Part shown: piece after piece, positions 11,971 through 25,835 of the stretch
How the letters are laid out: every line of letters begins with the position of its first letter
Position numbering within the stretch: the stretch's first letter is position 1
Assembly (NCBI GenBank): GCA_051942205.1
Contig: JAVECO010000049.1
Coordinates: 1-64,000 of the forward strand
Direction of reading: 5' to 3'
Source of the DNA: Coniocarpon cinnabarinum
Taxonomy: Eukaryota
DNA length: 64,000 nucleotides
Program-made: the position numbers and the translations under genes
Notes under the pieces: model-generated
The model's input: only the letters and a program-made list of their open reading frames with translations
Told to the model about the DNA's origin: nothing
Databases searched by the model: none

Positions 11971-13699
11971 TATGATGGAAGCCGGCCTGGATAGATTGCA
12001 CTTGATCTTTGAGTGCTCGTGTTGCTTTGATGACTCGAGGTAACTTCAAGTTGTAGCAGGGTGGGACTCGATATTGTTGGAGACTAAAGTGGTCATTCTC
12101 GACCGTGACATTCTTCAGAACGATATGTAGCAACGAGCAAGGCTTGGTATGCCGAGTTCTGGTCTGATCTAACGCGGAAGCATCAGTCAAGACTCGAGAG
12201 AGCCTTCGAGAGAATGTTGTAGTGTGTGGAATTATATCGAAGATGTGGAATCTGCAGAAGTAATGGAAGGGGGGGCGGGAGGCGCGGCTTAAGTATGATG
12301 GTGGCTCGGAAATCATCAAGAGATCAAAAGGGGATAGTGTATTCTTTCGTATCTATCGAAAACTTTTTTTGTCTTGGCAGCCATCGCCTCTGCCTCAGCT
12401 TAGAGCGTCGGAAACGTAGCACGCATAGCAGCGGGTTCAAGCTGACAACGATTAGAGCATCGTATAGACAGATGTTTCGCCCTAGGACAACATCACTTCT
12501 CATACGTAGCGCAATGCATGAGGAAGGAGAAGTTATCGGGGGCTAGCTGCAGACAATTTGGAACGAGGATCGGGCAGGACTCGAGGCCATAGTCTTGCGC
12601 ATAGAGCAGAGTCGCTGGACTTGGCCAAGCACTGCAGATCATGCAAGCATGAAAAGGCGGACTGTGGAGACTGACCTGAGACAACGTGGAGTATGAGTGC
12701 TTGTTGTCTTTCGATATTTTTATAACTCGAGAGAGGACACTTTGTTTGCCTCGTCCAGCTTTGGTTGATGGACCTTGCGGGGGGCAAGGGCAGAATCATG
12801 TCGATTTCGTTGTGTTTTAGTAGTAGTATAACACTAGTCAGAATTCCATGGGAATGTGACCTTTTTTTTAAAAGTAATTATCGACTGTTGCGCGTGTTCT
12901 ACAGTCCAATCTGAGACAACCAAACTTCGAATTTGCTCGAAGCAAAATCTGGCTTTCAGAGAAAATATCTAGAATGCCAGTTCTGGTATCAGCGCTGGCT
13001 CGGAGTCCGCGTTTTGTAAGTCAGGGGAGCGGATAAACATCAGTGCAAATGTAATGCACGCAAGCCAAACATGGCCAGACGATTACACGGGACATTTCCC
13101 TGCGATCGGCGGCATGAATTAATTTTTCAGATAGCGAGATAGTGCAAAAGCATATGGCGCTATCCAAAAGCCCATATTTCGAAATAATTGAGGGACAGAT
13201 AACCTCTGCCTCACTGGGGATCGAACACGGGACATCCCAATAAAAGTGCAAAAGTTAAGGTCAGGGAGCTCCGCTCAAACCTCCCACCTGTAGATCAATT
13301 AGCCCGTGTAATCCTCCGAAAGCAATCCAGAATGAAACGAAATATATCCTGATGCTTCTTTTGCATTGGGTGCAGGGGTAGCATTGGCGGCAGCCCCATC
13401 CCCGTCGTGTTGCCATTTGTGATGTTCAAATTTCTCTGCTGAAGTCCTCTTCTTCGTGCAAACAAATTGATGCATTCTTACATGCCCTGAGCACATAATT
13501 CTTGACACACTTACTTTGTTGTTTACGTTATCCGAAAAGGGCGTGTCGAGATGCCTCAGGACTTCGACACTTACCTTCACATCACACAATTTTCTCAACC
13601 ACGCATACTTAACCAATCCAACTTAGTCTTCCGTTTTAATTCTAGGCGGTGGACAGGATCTACTTGGTGATCAGTTAGCAAATGCCGAATAGCCGTCAC

Positions 13700-15903
13700 C
13701 CGCATTGACGACGCTGGGGCTTCGAGAACCTCGTGCAACCTGCGAACCTCTTTCGAGACACCAAACCAGCACCAACGCCGGCGACAGCGATAGCGAGTCA
13801 ATGCATTTCTACATCACACACGATAACACAAGTGCTGCGCAGGTGCTCCGCATACTTTTAACTGCAAGGGGGACTTCACACTGCGGCTGCGACATCGCAT
13901 TGGCCATCGGATCTACAGCACATTCAATGGGGCGCGACCACAGACACTGGAAGGTGGCCGGCAATTCCCCAGTGCAGCCAACGCCTCGATGGTTGACGAG
14001 CGATATGAAGATGGGGCTCGACCTGAGCCTCATGCCGCCGGTAGGGCGGAGTCTACAGATAGGACATGGATCTCCAGAACTGACACAAGCGATGCCGCAA
14101 CAGATGCATCAGTGAATGGACAAGATCTTGGACGATTACGATGTTAGTACGTGGCGGCCCAGTGCAAGAGATAGGACAACACCAGACGAAGACTCGGACA
14201 GTATGTTCCCTCAGACCAAAGCGTGATGCCGGCATCATCGTGACGATGACAAAGAGGGCAGCAACATGGAGGGCAGTGGCATGGGACTCCACGCCGACGC
14301 CAGCAGCAAAGAGCTGGATCAGGCTGTTGTCTGTACACGACAGGCAAGATGTCTACTGGAGGAAACACGAAGGTCCGCATTCACCACAGAAGCTCGCCTT
14401 TCCACCATGGCAGACCTTGGGAACACCGCGAAACAACTCCATCAAGCTCAAAGCAGAAGACGACTACATAATGACTAGCTGCAAATGAGTCCCTTCAAAC
14501 GCGAGTCACCATTCAGATCCCACAGACATGCCGGCCTTTACCATCACCGCAGGAGACGCCGTATCTTTGCATAAAAAAGCCGATGGTAGAGGCCGGGTAT
14601 GTCCAGCTGACATCAGAAGCATTTGCCAGACCAGGAACCTTGTATGATTTTGTTGAGACGAGAGGCTCGTAGACAAAGTAAGGGACAAAGAACGGCATCC
14701 TTCGGCCGGGCTGGAGCTGACTGTTGGTTTCAGAAACCTGTTCGAGTTTTACCGGGTATTGTGCTCGCTGGAATGCATGTGTTTGACTGCGTTGTAAGCA
14801 CCATCCAGATCAGGGCCGCGTACAGCATCGAACCGGCATCGATGCTTAGTTTTCAAGGGACGCTGGTGTCTGCAGAACCGAGGAATGGATGGGCACTTTT
14901 CGATATCCAGGCTCGTTCGACCGTTCTGTGATATCCTCAGGATCGTGCATCATCCAGATCAGAGACCGTGGCATTGTCCAGGCCATCAGCAGAATCGTTC
15001 CGAAATTCCAGGCTGACCGCTGGCCGTTCCAAGCCATTCGGTCCGCTCCTCGTTTTGGCCCACGTCATTTTACCTTTGATGATTTGATAAAAATGTGAAA
15101 AGGAAAAGAAGGGAAAGAAGAGAGCAAAGAGAAGCATGAGAAAGCAGCACAGACAAGTTCAGCACCCTTCAGTCCGACGTATCACGCAGCAGCAGCAACA
15201 TCACGAACACGAGCACGGCGTAGGCAGACAGGCAGCAGGCATTTCACAGCAAGTTGGACTCACCGACGACTTCCATTATGTTGCACCATCTTTGAACCAC
15301 TTGAACGTTGTCATCTCAGCTCTTGGAAAAATATTTGTGCCAGAACACTGGACAGGCGTCTCCGAGTCAGTCCATGGGCTCAGCGAGTCTTGACGGATCC
15401 CAGGACGATCTAATGCTGCTATCGATTCAATGACGGAGTGACCGAGTGGAACCTCTGAGATGAGTCGACTGCAGTCTGATCGGTTTCGGCTCGAATGCGG
15501 CAACCTCGTCGGTGCGGCTCAACATGATGAGTGTAAGGCGAGGTCTCTTTTCCTTGTGAACGCTCAAGTTGGGTCAATTTGCTGCGATCCCGCCAAACTA
15601 AACGGCGACATGCTGGAGAAGTGATTGGAGATTGTCGAGCAAGCTGCTTCGACTTCGAAAAGGTGCGGAAAGGCTTCAAGAGTGAGAAGACATTGTGTTG
15701 GGGAGAAGCTTGAAGTGATTTTCATCTGGTCTCCGCTAGGGGTATTTGGAGCTCACCATTTTCTCAAAAAGGCAAGAATGCTGATCATTCACCACCGCCG
15801 GTGTCATGTAGCAGCCAAGAAACGACCATTGGAAGCTAGAATCTTTGGCAGCGAAAGAAGATCCATGGAGTTTTCCACGAGGACTATCGAGCTTTGTCTT
15901 TAA
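13700..15903 (+). pseudogene. Possible decayed gene(s)
   Basis: Chain of short same-strand ORFs (13705-14115, 14141-14488, 14889-15098, 15136-15393, 15625-15903). The last two are in one frame, separated by isolated TGA stops. No family recognised. Confidence 0.2.
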
Positions 15904-15967
15904 TAATATTAAATTTAAATTCAGTATATGGTCTACTGCTATACAGCTTATCTCTCCATTTGGTTTT

Positions 15968-18900
15968 TCATGCCCAGCTCAAAGTCCAGCTTGCGCTCCA
16001 AGCTCCTTGACTCGTGGACTCGTCCAGACCCGTTAAACTCAAGCTCTTAGCGTTCTGGTCGAAGTTTGCATTTGACACCGGTGCACCATTCAACATGACC
16101 TGACCAGGCGCTTTGTCAAGCCCCAGGACCGTCACGTTCGCCAACGGGTTTGATTCTTGGTAATTGCCAGACACTGTTGCAGTCAGAACGCCGTTGCATA
16201 CTTGCATATCGACATTCTTTGTGGCATTCGGCATAAGACTTTCTCCATCGTCGAGATACAAGCTGCCACTGGCGCCTTCAGTAGAGTTGAGTGACACTAG
16301 CACTGACCACGGGTTTTGTCGTGCCGCTGCAGTCGTGAGTACGCCACTGCGAGGTTGCAACGGCAAAACACTTCCGCCACGAGTGTAAACTGGGATGTGA
16401 CCCAGTGGTGCGTCAATGGTAACATTCCGTCCAGACTTGGCCGCGGAGTTCACAATCTCAGTCTGGTTGTACCAGTCGTACCACCTTTCATCGCCACCGG
16501 CGTTGTTGCCCGGAAAGACGCCATTCACTGTACTTGCACCCTGCTCAAGCACGGGCGTCACAAGCACAGACGATCCAAGCATGAACTGATGGTCTGCATT
16601 GGCAAGTGATGGATCATTGGGGTATTCCCATTGTAGCGCACGCATTACTGTCGAACCAGTCATGTGCGCCTGTTGGAATAGCGTGTACATGTATGGCAGA
16701 AGGGCGAAGCGAACATCCATGGCAGTCTTCGTAGCGTCGGCGACGGCAGCCCATTGGTAAGGTTCTTGCGAGAGTGCAAGGAACGTGTTGTGATTGCGGT
16801 AGAAAGGGAAAAATGCAGAAAGCTGCATCCATCGTGCGCAGAGTTCCTCATCAGTGTTGCCGTTGAACCCGCAGGTGTCGACGCCTACACAAAGAAGATC
16901 AACGATCTGCCATTATAATGAAATCGAGAAACATAACTTACCAAACATCGGGATACCCGAGAGAGAGAAAGACAGAGCCTGGCTGATGGAGAACACCATG
17001 TACGCCCACAGGGAGTAATTGTCACCTCCCCAGTGACCAGCGACGCTGCCCGAGCCGGCAAAAGTGGAGCGGCCGATGATGAAAGGTCGTTTTCCAGGGA
17101 ATACTTTTTGGAGAGCGATGTACGTTGCGTTCAGAATTTGATGGCCAAACAAGTTGTGAACATCATAATCAAGAACACCATTGTGATGGGTGCCATTGGG
17201 GTCCATCGCATGTACACGAAGGTCGCCTGGATAGTTGTTCAGAGTGTAGGGTGGGAAATTCACATTCCGCGTGCCAGGCGTGGGCGTTGGAGGAGTGAAG
17301 TACGACATAGTTTGCGAACTTGAGGAGCTGCTAGTCGCTGCGGCAGCAGACGCGACGGACGACGCTGAAACCGCATCGGTGGAGTTGGTGACGTTGAACC
17401 CCTCAGGGTAGTCTGTCGGACCACTAGTAGGGATGCCGCCTGGGGCAGGATTCATGGTCAGGTTGTTGCTGCCGCAGCTGCCGATGCAGAACGACGAAAC
17501 TTCTGACATATCGATCCAGATGCCGTCAAAGGACAGATTGTTGTTATGGAAGGTCACCATTTCATTAGTCCACCAACCCTGAGTACCCTCTGAGTACCAG
17601 TCAGGGAACACGGTGTAACCGGGCCACACCGTTCCTACATACTCGTCTCCGCCTGCTTCTTGAAGGATGAAGGCCTCTGCATCATGTCCACGGTTGTATG
17701 TGCCGTACGCGTCAGTCTCGTTGACGGGGTTGGGACGATAGATGGCAGAATCCACGATCGGAATGTAGTGGCGTCCACTCGCGTGGAGGCCGTCTAGGAA
17801 CTGACGTCCTTCATCTTGCGGGAAAGTGTTTGGATCCGTGGTGAAGTCTCTGAAGAGTTTCATGTAGTCAATATCAGTCCATATATTTTCCAGTGGAATC
17901 TGAAACTGCTCGAAAGAATCAACGACATCGCTAAGGACGCTCCAGTTGGAGTAGCCCCATCTGCATTGGTGGTAACCAAAGGTAAAGTATTGCTGCATGA
18001 CAGGCAGGCCGATCGCAGACTGCTGATAGCTCTGAGCGACGTTCTCCACGGTTGGGCCGGCATAGAAATACAAGTCGATGTTCCCACCAATCGTACGCCA
18101 AGTCACTCCGTCTTCCTGCATCAGGATCTCGTGGCCATGGGCGTTCCGGTAGTACAAGCCATGTGTCAGCGACGTGTAGCTGGTGTCCAGAGACGTCTCG
18201 TTCCAGGGCACATAAGCCCCGCTAGCCGCATCGTAGTAGCGAGTGTCGTAGTAGATCGGGTGTGAACCGTAAATGTTGGCATCAATGACATCGCCCACGT
18301 CGGCCGCCCACATGGTCTTGGTGAAGTTGTTGGACAGTCTAAAGGGTCGAATGGTCTCAGCCAATCCGTAGAGATTGTAGTCCTGTGGCAAAGGGCTCTT
18401 AAGCTCCACGAATTGATCCTCGAAGACGATCTTGCTTCCCTGCGTGGTGAACAGAGTCTCATTGTTGGACTTGCGGACGACCGAGAACCAGAAGGATGGG
18501 TCATTGCCCCAGACGAAGTCGAGATCAAGCATAGGGACGGTTTGCGCTGCATCGGCATCTAGACCAGGTTTGTGAATGAACGATGGAGTCTCAAACCACG
18601 AGACATTGTTGTCACCAACATAACTCGGCTTGATCTCAATGTTGAGGCGGTCGCCGGATTGACGTTGAACGGTCAGGTCCAACATGTCCACATCATTGCC
18701 GTAGGCGCTGCAGGCCGGACCGGCCAAGTTGAGCTGGGCAGTCACACCATACTGTTGCTGCTGAACATTGGTTACTGTGTACCCAGGACACACATCTTGG
18801 GCGTCGACGGCTTGAGGGTTGTTGACTGTGGGAAGCACATTCTCACTGTAGTCGTCCGAGGCGGGAGGTGAGAAGAGAGGACGGAAGGTGGTGCTGGTGC

Positions 18901-18994
18901 CCGCCGCCGTGCTTGTCTGTGAGGGCGACTGAGCGGCTGCACCATTGAGGGCTGCTCCGAACAAGATGAGCTTGCTCAGCAAAGAGGAGCCCAT
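15968..18994 (-). CDS. Secreted alpha-glucosidase, glycoside hydrolase family 31
   Basis: Signal peptide MGSSLLSKLILFGAALNGAAA; GH31 motifs GYHQCRWGY, WTDIDYM, nucleophile DGIWIDMSE and acid/base HWGGDN. One intron (16885-16941) joins PMFG/VDTCGFN. Exons 18994-16942 and 16884-15968. Confidence 0.96.
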
Positions 18995-20351
18995 GATGTC
19001 GGCGACGCAAGACCTGACTGCTTCGGATCGGGATCTTGTTGATGTAGCCTGCGCTGGTGGTGGACAGGCCGGGAAGCCTCATCTCGCCGGACATGGCGGC
19101 CTTCTTAAGCTTGTGGCAGCTGGATGATGGATCCATTGGAGCATTGAGAAACTACGTCAGTTCGCGTGCAGCCCTCACGAAAATCCGCTCCCCGCGTTAG
19201 ACAGCGCTAGCCCACAACGGGTCCCATTCGGAGCCAATGCGAGGACGAAGCGAACCACAACGCCAAACCTTGTTGGCCGCGGATATGTCGGCGTCACCAC
19301 CAGTTGACACTGGCGTCGTTGAACCCCAGCATTAAACAGGGCCGATTGCTGTACTGTGCGGAGAGAGCTCCAGCGCTGCCCAGGTTCGCTTGCACCGTCG
19401 ATCCCCATTCACTCACTGCCTTTTCTCGCACCGCCTGCTGCTCGACGGCCATCACAGCCCTGCACACCCACAGTGCTGGCCCAGCACGTCCGAGGGTCCC
19501 TGTTGCTGTATCAGCTGCCCCAAGGAGTTTAGATGCGCCGTCTGGCAGGCTGCTGAGTTGCCGACATGGCCGTCTTGTCATGGACGAGCTTGCTGGCATA
19601 TTTGGCAACAGCTGAGCGGGCCCATTCATCTGTGTGCTTGCACCTTAAGTCAGTCGCCAAGGCTGAAGAGGCGACGAAGCGGGCGAAAAAGCTCGCCGGC
19701 AAGCACAAAGCCGTTTAGCAGGGTGCCTACACTGCAAGAGAAGGGCGCTAGAAAATCTAAATGTTTCTCTTGCATGAAGCTAATCGGGCAGAGACTACGT
19801 TGACGTGAACGGGAGCTGTCGAGGTAGCAGTCAGGCAATAATCATCAAGCGATGGTGTTCAATCCTCGTTCGCGGCGGGCCACGTCTGCATCGTGCACCA
19901 TGCAACGTCGCCGCATTTTCTCCAGTTCCACCTGGATTTTGACATATCTCGCTCAATAGCAGCACATTATTCGGTCCGTATGGTTGATTGCGGCGAGTCT
20001 CATCCACGTGTCACCCCTCCTGCGAACCCTGGCCTCGCGTGCACTCATGGTAACCTTGATCTCAACAAACCCTCCCGTGGCGTGACACTAATGTCCATCC
20101 AAACCACCCCTTCACTTCATATTTCCCCAGACTCGGCACCTGAATAAAAATCGATCGGGCTTTTCCAACTCAATCTCGTTCGACATCCATGTCGGTGGGC
20201 CAAAGCGCCCCCGTCGTTTCCTCAATCGTCCGTCAGCACTTACGCCAAGTGCGCCTTTGCTGGAATATCAAAAGTCCTTGCCCAATAGTCGTGACGGTGT
20301 CATTTACAAACCTTGCCCAATGCAACCAACATGATCAAAGGTAGGGAATTT

Positions 20352-21665
20352 TCATAATATGCCAGAGTCTTTGAGCGCGTTCTGTAGAATGGTCTCCTTG
20401 ACGGCCGCAAAGACGAGACGGATGTTGGACGTGTCGGTCGCTTGGGTGAGATGAGGGTAGAGATTCAGATGGGCGCGGTTGACTTGGTTGAACCGCCACA
20501 GCAGGTACTTGGCCGCGCGGTTGACGTCCGCGCCGCCGGTGTAGTCGGGAAAGTAGGCGGCAAGGGAGGATTTGCCGAGCTTTTCTTTGAATAGGTCGAC
20601 CTTGTTGAGGAAGAGCACGATGCTTGTGCGCATGAACCATCTCGAGTTGACGACTGAGTCGAAGAGGACCAGGGACTCAAGCATGCGATTCTATACAAGT
20701 GTCAGACAGATTCGATGGTGAACATGCCATGAATTGGAACGCACCTGACTTGACTCTTCTAGTAAGACTTGGTCATATTCACTGAGAGCCACGCAGAAAA
20801 TAATAGACGTGACGTTTTCGAAACAATGTATCCACTTCTTTCGTTCGCTTCTTTGGCCGCCGACGTCAAACATGCTGGTGGTGATGTGCGTCAGCATATG
20901 CTCCACAACAAGTACTGGGCAGTGAGCTCACTGGATGCTTAGCTGACCCATGGCGAAGCGTGTCTCGAAGATGCCAGTGGTCTTAGAACGAGCTCGCAAT
21001 ACGTCAGCTTCGGTGGGGATGTATCCATCTGCAGCTATCCGACGCGATTCTTCAAAGAAGCTAGAGGATGGGTCAGTCTGGTCCGAATCTCGTGTGTCGG
21101 GCTTCGCAAACAGAGCAACGTACTAGGGCGCAGAATCCATCAGGTAAAATTCGGTCTGATGCTCCATGACTTGTGGCACGACCGGGTCCTTCCATAGTGC
21201 ATATGCAGCTTCGCCGACATTGGCATCAAGGACTACATAGGGGTCTGGGCTCAGATCGTATGTCATTAGATATTGTGCGTGTTCTTTGTTTGCGTCAGAG
21301 GATGGTTCCAGCTCGAACTGCTGCATGGCGGTGAGGAGCGCCTTGGCGCAATCCAGTAAGTTGCGATACACCACGCTGCGATATCCCGCCAGCTCTTCCC
21401 TTGCATATCCACCTTGATGTATGATTTTCATCTGCTTCACCACTGTTGACTTGCCACTTTCACCAGATCCTAGTGGCGATCGTGTTAGCCTAGCATCCGA
21501 CAGGACATCACATTACATCAGCATGTCCGGGGTTGCTATACCTAACAGCAAAATCTTGGCCTCGCGTCTGAGCTTCTTCTGATCTTCTTGCAATGCGCGG
21601 TCAATGGCTTCACTGCGCTTCTTGGCCTCTCCATCCTCCGTCGGCGTGCTCGCACACGCCCCCAT
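20352..21665 (-). CDS. Heterotrimeric G-protein alpha subunit, fungal group III (GanB/GNA-3/MagA class)
   Basis: MGAC N-terminus (myristoylation/palmitoylation), [30 protein letters not shown], and C-terminus [15 protein letters not shown]. Introns 21470-21541, 21061-21123, 20875-20931, 20691-20744. Confidence 0.96.
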
Positions 21666-23739
21666 GGTGGCCGACTAGGCGGCAGGCGCGTGGATGTGGA
21701 GCTTCGTGCAAATAAAGAATCTCGAAAGTGGTGCGTCAAGTCTGTGTCAGTGCTGAACACCTCGGCTGCGCTGTGGAAGCCACTTGTGTGTTGAAGAGGG
21801 ACACTCGTGCAAACGAGCATGCAGAGGCGGCGGCGCGATGGCCAGACTCATGTCCAAGCAAATTCAGGCCCGACCGTGGTTACGCGCAGAGCATTGAAGC
21901 TCTTGGCGAAGCCTGAGGCGCGCGGAGCGGAAGTGTGGTGTCGTCGTCGTTGCGTCACCGGGGGGGAAGCTGCTGCAACGTCGCGGCGAGGTGTCTTGGG
22001 GGTGGGTGTTCGTGGGTTGACCGGGGTATCGGGGGTGCGGAGAGCTGGAGTCGGTGGCAAGGAGAGTGAGGTGGAGGGCGTGTGTCAGGAGAGAGGGCGT
22101 GATGCGGCTATCCGGGGAGAGAATGAACGAGATTGAGGCTCGTCCCGCGCCCGTAGAGCCGCCAAGTGCGCCTTTGTTTAGGAGGGAAAGCCCAGACAGA
22201 GCGCGCGCACAGGCCAACTTTCCCCACAGCTCTGGGTATGGTGCTTGGGGCCGCGCCACTGACAGGAATAGAAAAAACAGACAGAATGGCAACCACGAGA
22301 GCAGCAGCAGTGCAGAACACTTGCGCACGTCTCAATGTAGGGAATGGGTCAGCCCAGCATGGGAGGCGGCTATGAGCAAGTCATTCAATGCGTGTCTGAT
22401 AGTAGTCCGTGTGGCTGCACGGGCTGTCAGACAACTCGACTCACTAAACACTGGCGGGGACTGGACCTCCTTCCCGCCCTGCCGCTAGTGATCGATGCAC
22501 GGACTCCCCACGGACTTAACGGCTACCAATGTCCGACGCGGCAAGGCCCGCAAGAGCGCAACCTCCGAGGGCCAAAACGGCCACGCTACCTGGCAACTGT
22601 CCCATATAGAGCGTGAATATGTGTTGTCTCTATGTTCGTTATCCCACACCGTGCCTTGGGTCACGAAGCCGGTGACGAGCTCTCTTGATCAGCGAGCAAT
22701 TTCAGATCATCGATTGAGCGCCTCTCCTGACCAAGTAAGATTGCCACAACTTCCTTGCCAGGGAGTAGCTGCAAACAAGCTTGGCGGGTGTCGTGCGCAA
22801 CACGCGTCACGTTCTCAACGTCAACTCTTCTCTTAAGTCGAGGCTCCCAGCCCCAGGCGACTCTGGTGGATACCAATTCCATCGCGTGAAGTGCAAGAGC
22901 ATCGAGAAGCGCTGACCACTTGACGTCGTTCGCTCCAGCTTGATCCATCGAAGGCGAAGAGGCAATCTCATAGATGGAAAAGAGAAGCCTGCAGCTCTGT
23001 TGCCCGCCATCCCGTCATACATACATTATCGGAACCGACGGTCTGTAAGCGGAATAAACTGTTGCAATGAGCAAGCTGAGGTATCATGTTGCAATGTCTG
23101 TTGCTACACCTTGCGCAAATGTCCAGTTCAAGAATACATGCCGTACTCAAGCCATCGGATCTGGCCCCCTGAAACGTACGCGTCTCGCCTAAACGCTAGA
23201 AATACGATGAGAAGCTGAACGTCGTTGCTTGGCTCTGGGATTATCCATTATAAGATAGCATGAGTCCATAACACGCCAGAATGAGCGAGATTACGTCCAA
23301 TGCGGGTTGGCATGGGAAGCGTGACTTCTCCGAGCGGTCAATGAGGTGCTGTTGTGAAGGGGGTGACGATGTAAACAAAAAGATGCCAAAAGTTGGACCA
23401 CGAAGTTCAAACGTCAAGGGCATCTGTCGAATATTTGTGGCATCCAGCTTCGGTCTAGAACTCTGAAGCACCTGCCACCAAAAATCAGCCCATGCTCGAT
23501 CGATCTCAGGATGATCGCCGCCGAGAGGATAGAGTTGCCGGGCTGCTAGGACATGTGGCGCCTTTGCCCTACACCCTTGTTTCCCTCGCGCCAGTCCTGC
23601 AGAGCCGCCTTGTCTTTGAAACCAGACCCCACGCTTACTCTCCCACACTTTTCCTGTTGACTTCTGGTCGCTCACTAAGGTTCCTGCTCCCTCTTTTGCA
23701 CGGTTTGAGCGCGCCGCTGCGTTCTGAAGTGCTGCCATC

Positions 23740-25203
<1,464 letters not shown>

Positions 25204-25835
25204 CGGAAGAGCTCGCGTCACAATGTCACACGTTATGATCAAGATGATGGCTGAAGACCGAAGCATTGGTCCTCCCACAGCCACTTTTGGCGCAGATAGC
25301 CAACGCAACTATTACGCAACGCAAATACCACCGCAAATGAGATGCATGTCCAGTACACTGGTGTTGAGATGTTCTGTCAGAGTGGTAATATGCGCAAGCA
25401 TTTGTTCGACGTATTGTGGGTGCCACAAAACTTGAGGTCGCTTTGAGCCCTCGATTTTGTGCCGAATCATGATCAGGTAGAACCTTGGATGCTATTGCCG
25501 TTATTAATACGTGAGACCTCGTATTCAATATAACGCTATTGTAAATCGAGTTGCTCAGTCCTCAACCTCGCAGCTTCACTTCACACCATGCAAGTAAGGA
25601 GCCAAGCTAGGACTGGTTAAGGCTTCATGATCACGTTTCTTGCCTCAGACGTCAGGCTGCATCTGGCTTGGTTGACGTTACGATCGACGCTGTAGATGGT
25701 GACTTTGCTGCTGTGTTCTCACTCCGCTCGATTCATGATCCTTCATGGTCAGCCTTCAGTGAAGACTAGTTGCCTAGATGTAAACGGCCAGTAGAGCCGA
25801 CTCTTGCCCATGTCCATCACACTCTCCACCGTAGC

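Noticed and set aside
13021..13290. Possible MITE bounded by CAGGG/GAGCGGA...TCCGCTC motifs
   Set aside because: The inverted match is only about 7 nt, the ends do not align and there is no TSD.
19000..19900. AmyR (CGG-N8-CGG/AGG) and CreA (SYGGRG) sites upstream of the GH31 gene
   Set aside because: I found no correctly spaced AmyR site. SYGGRG hits exist (e.g. 19190-19195) but are expected by chance in GC-rich DNA.
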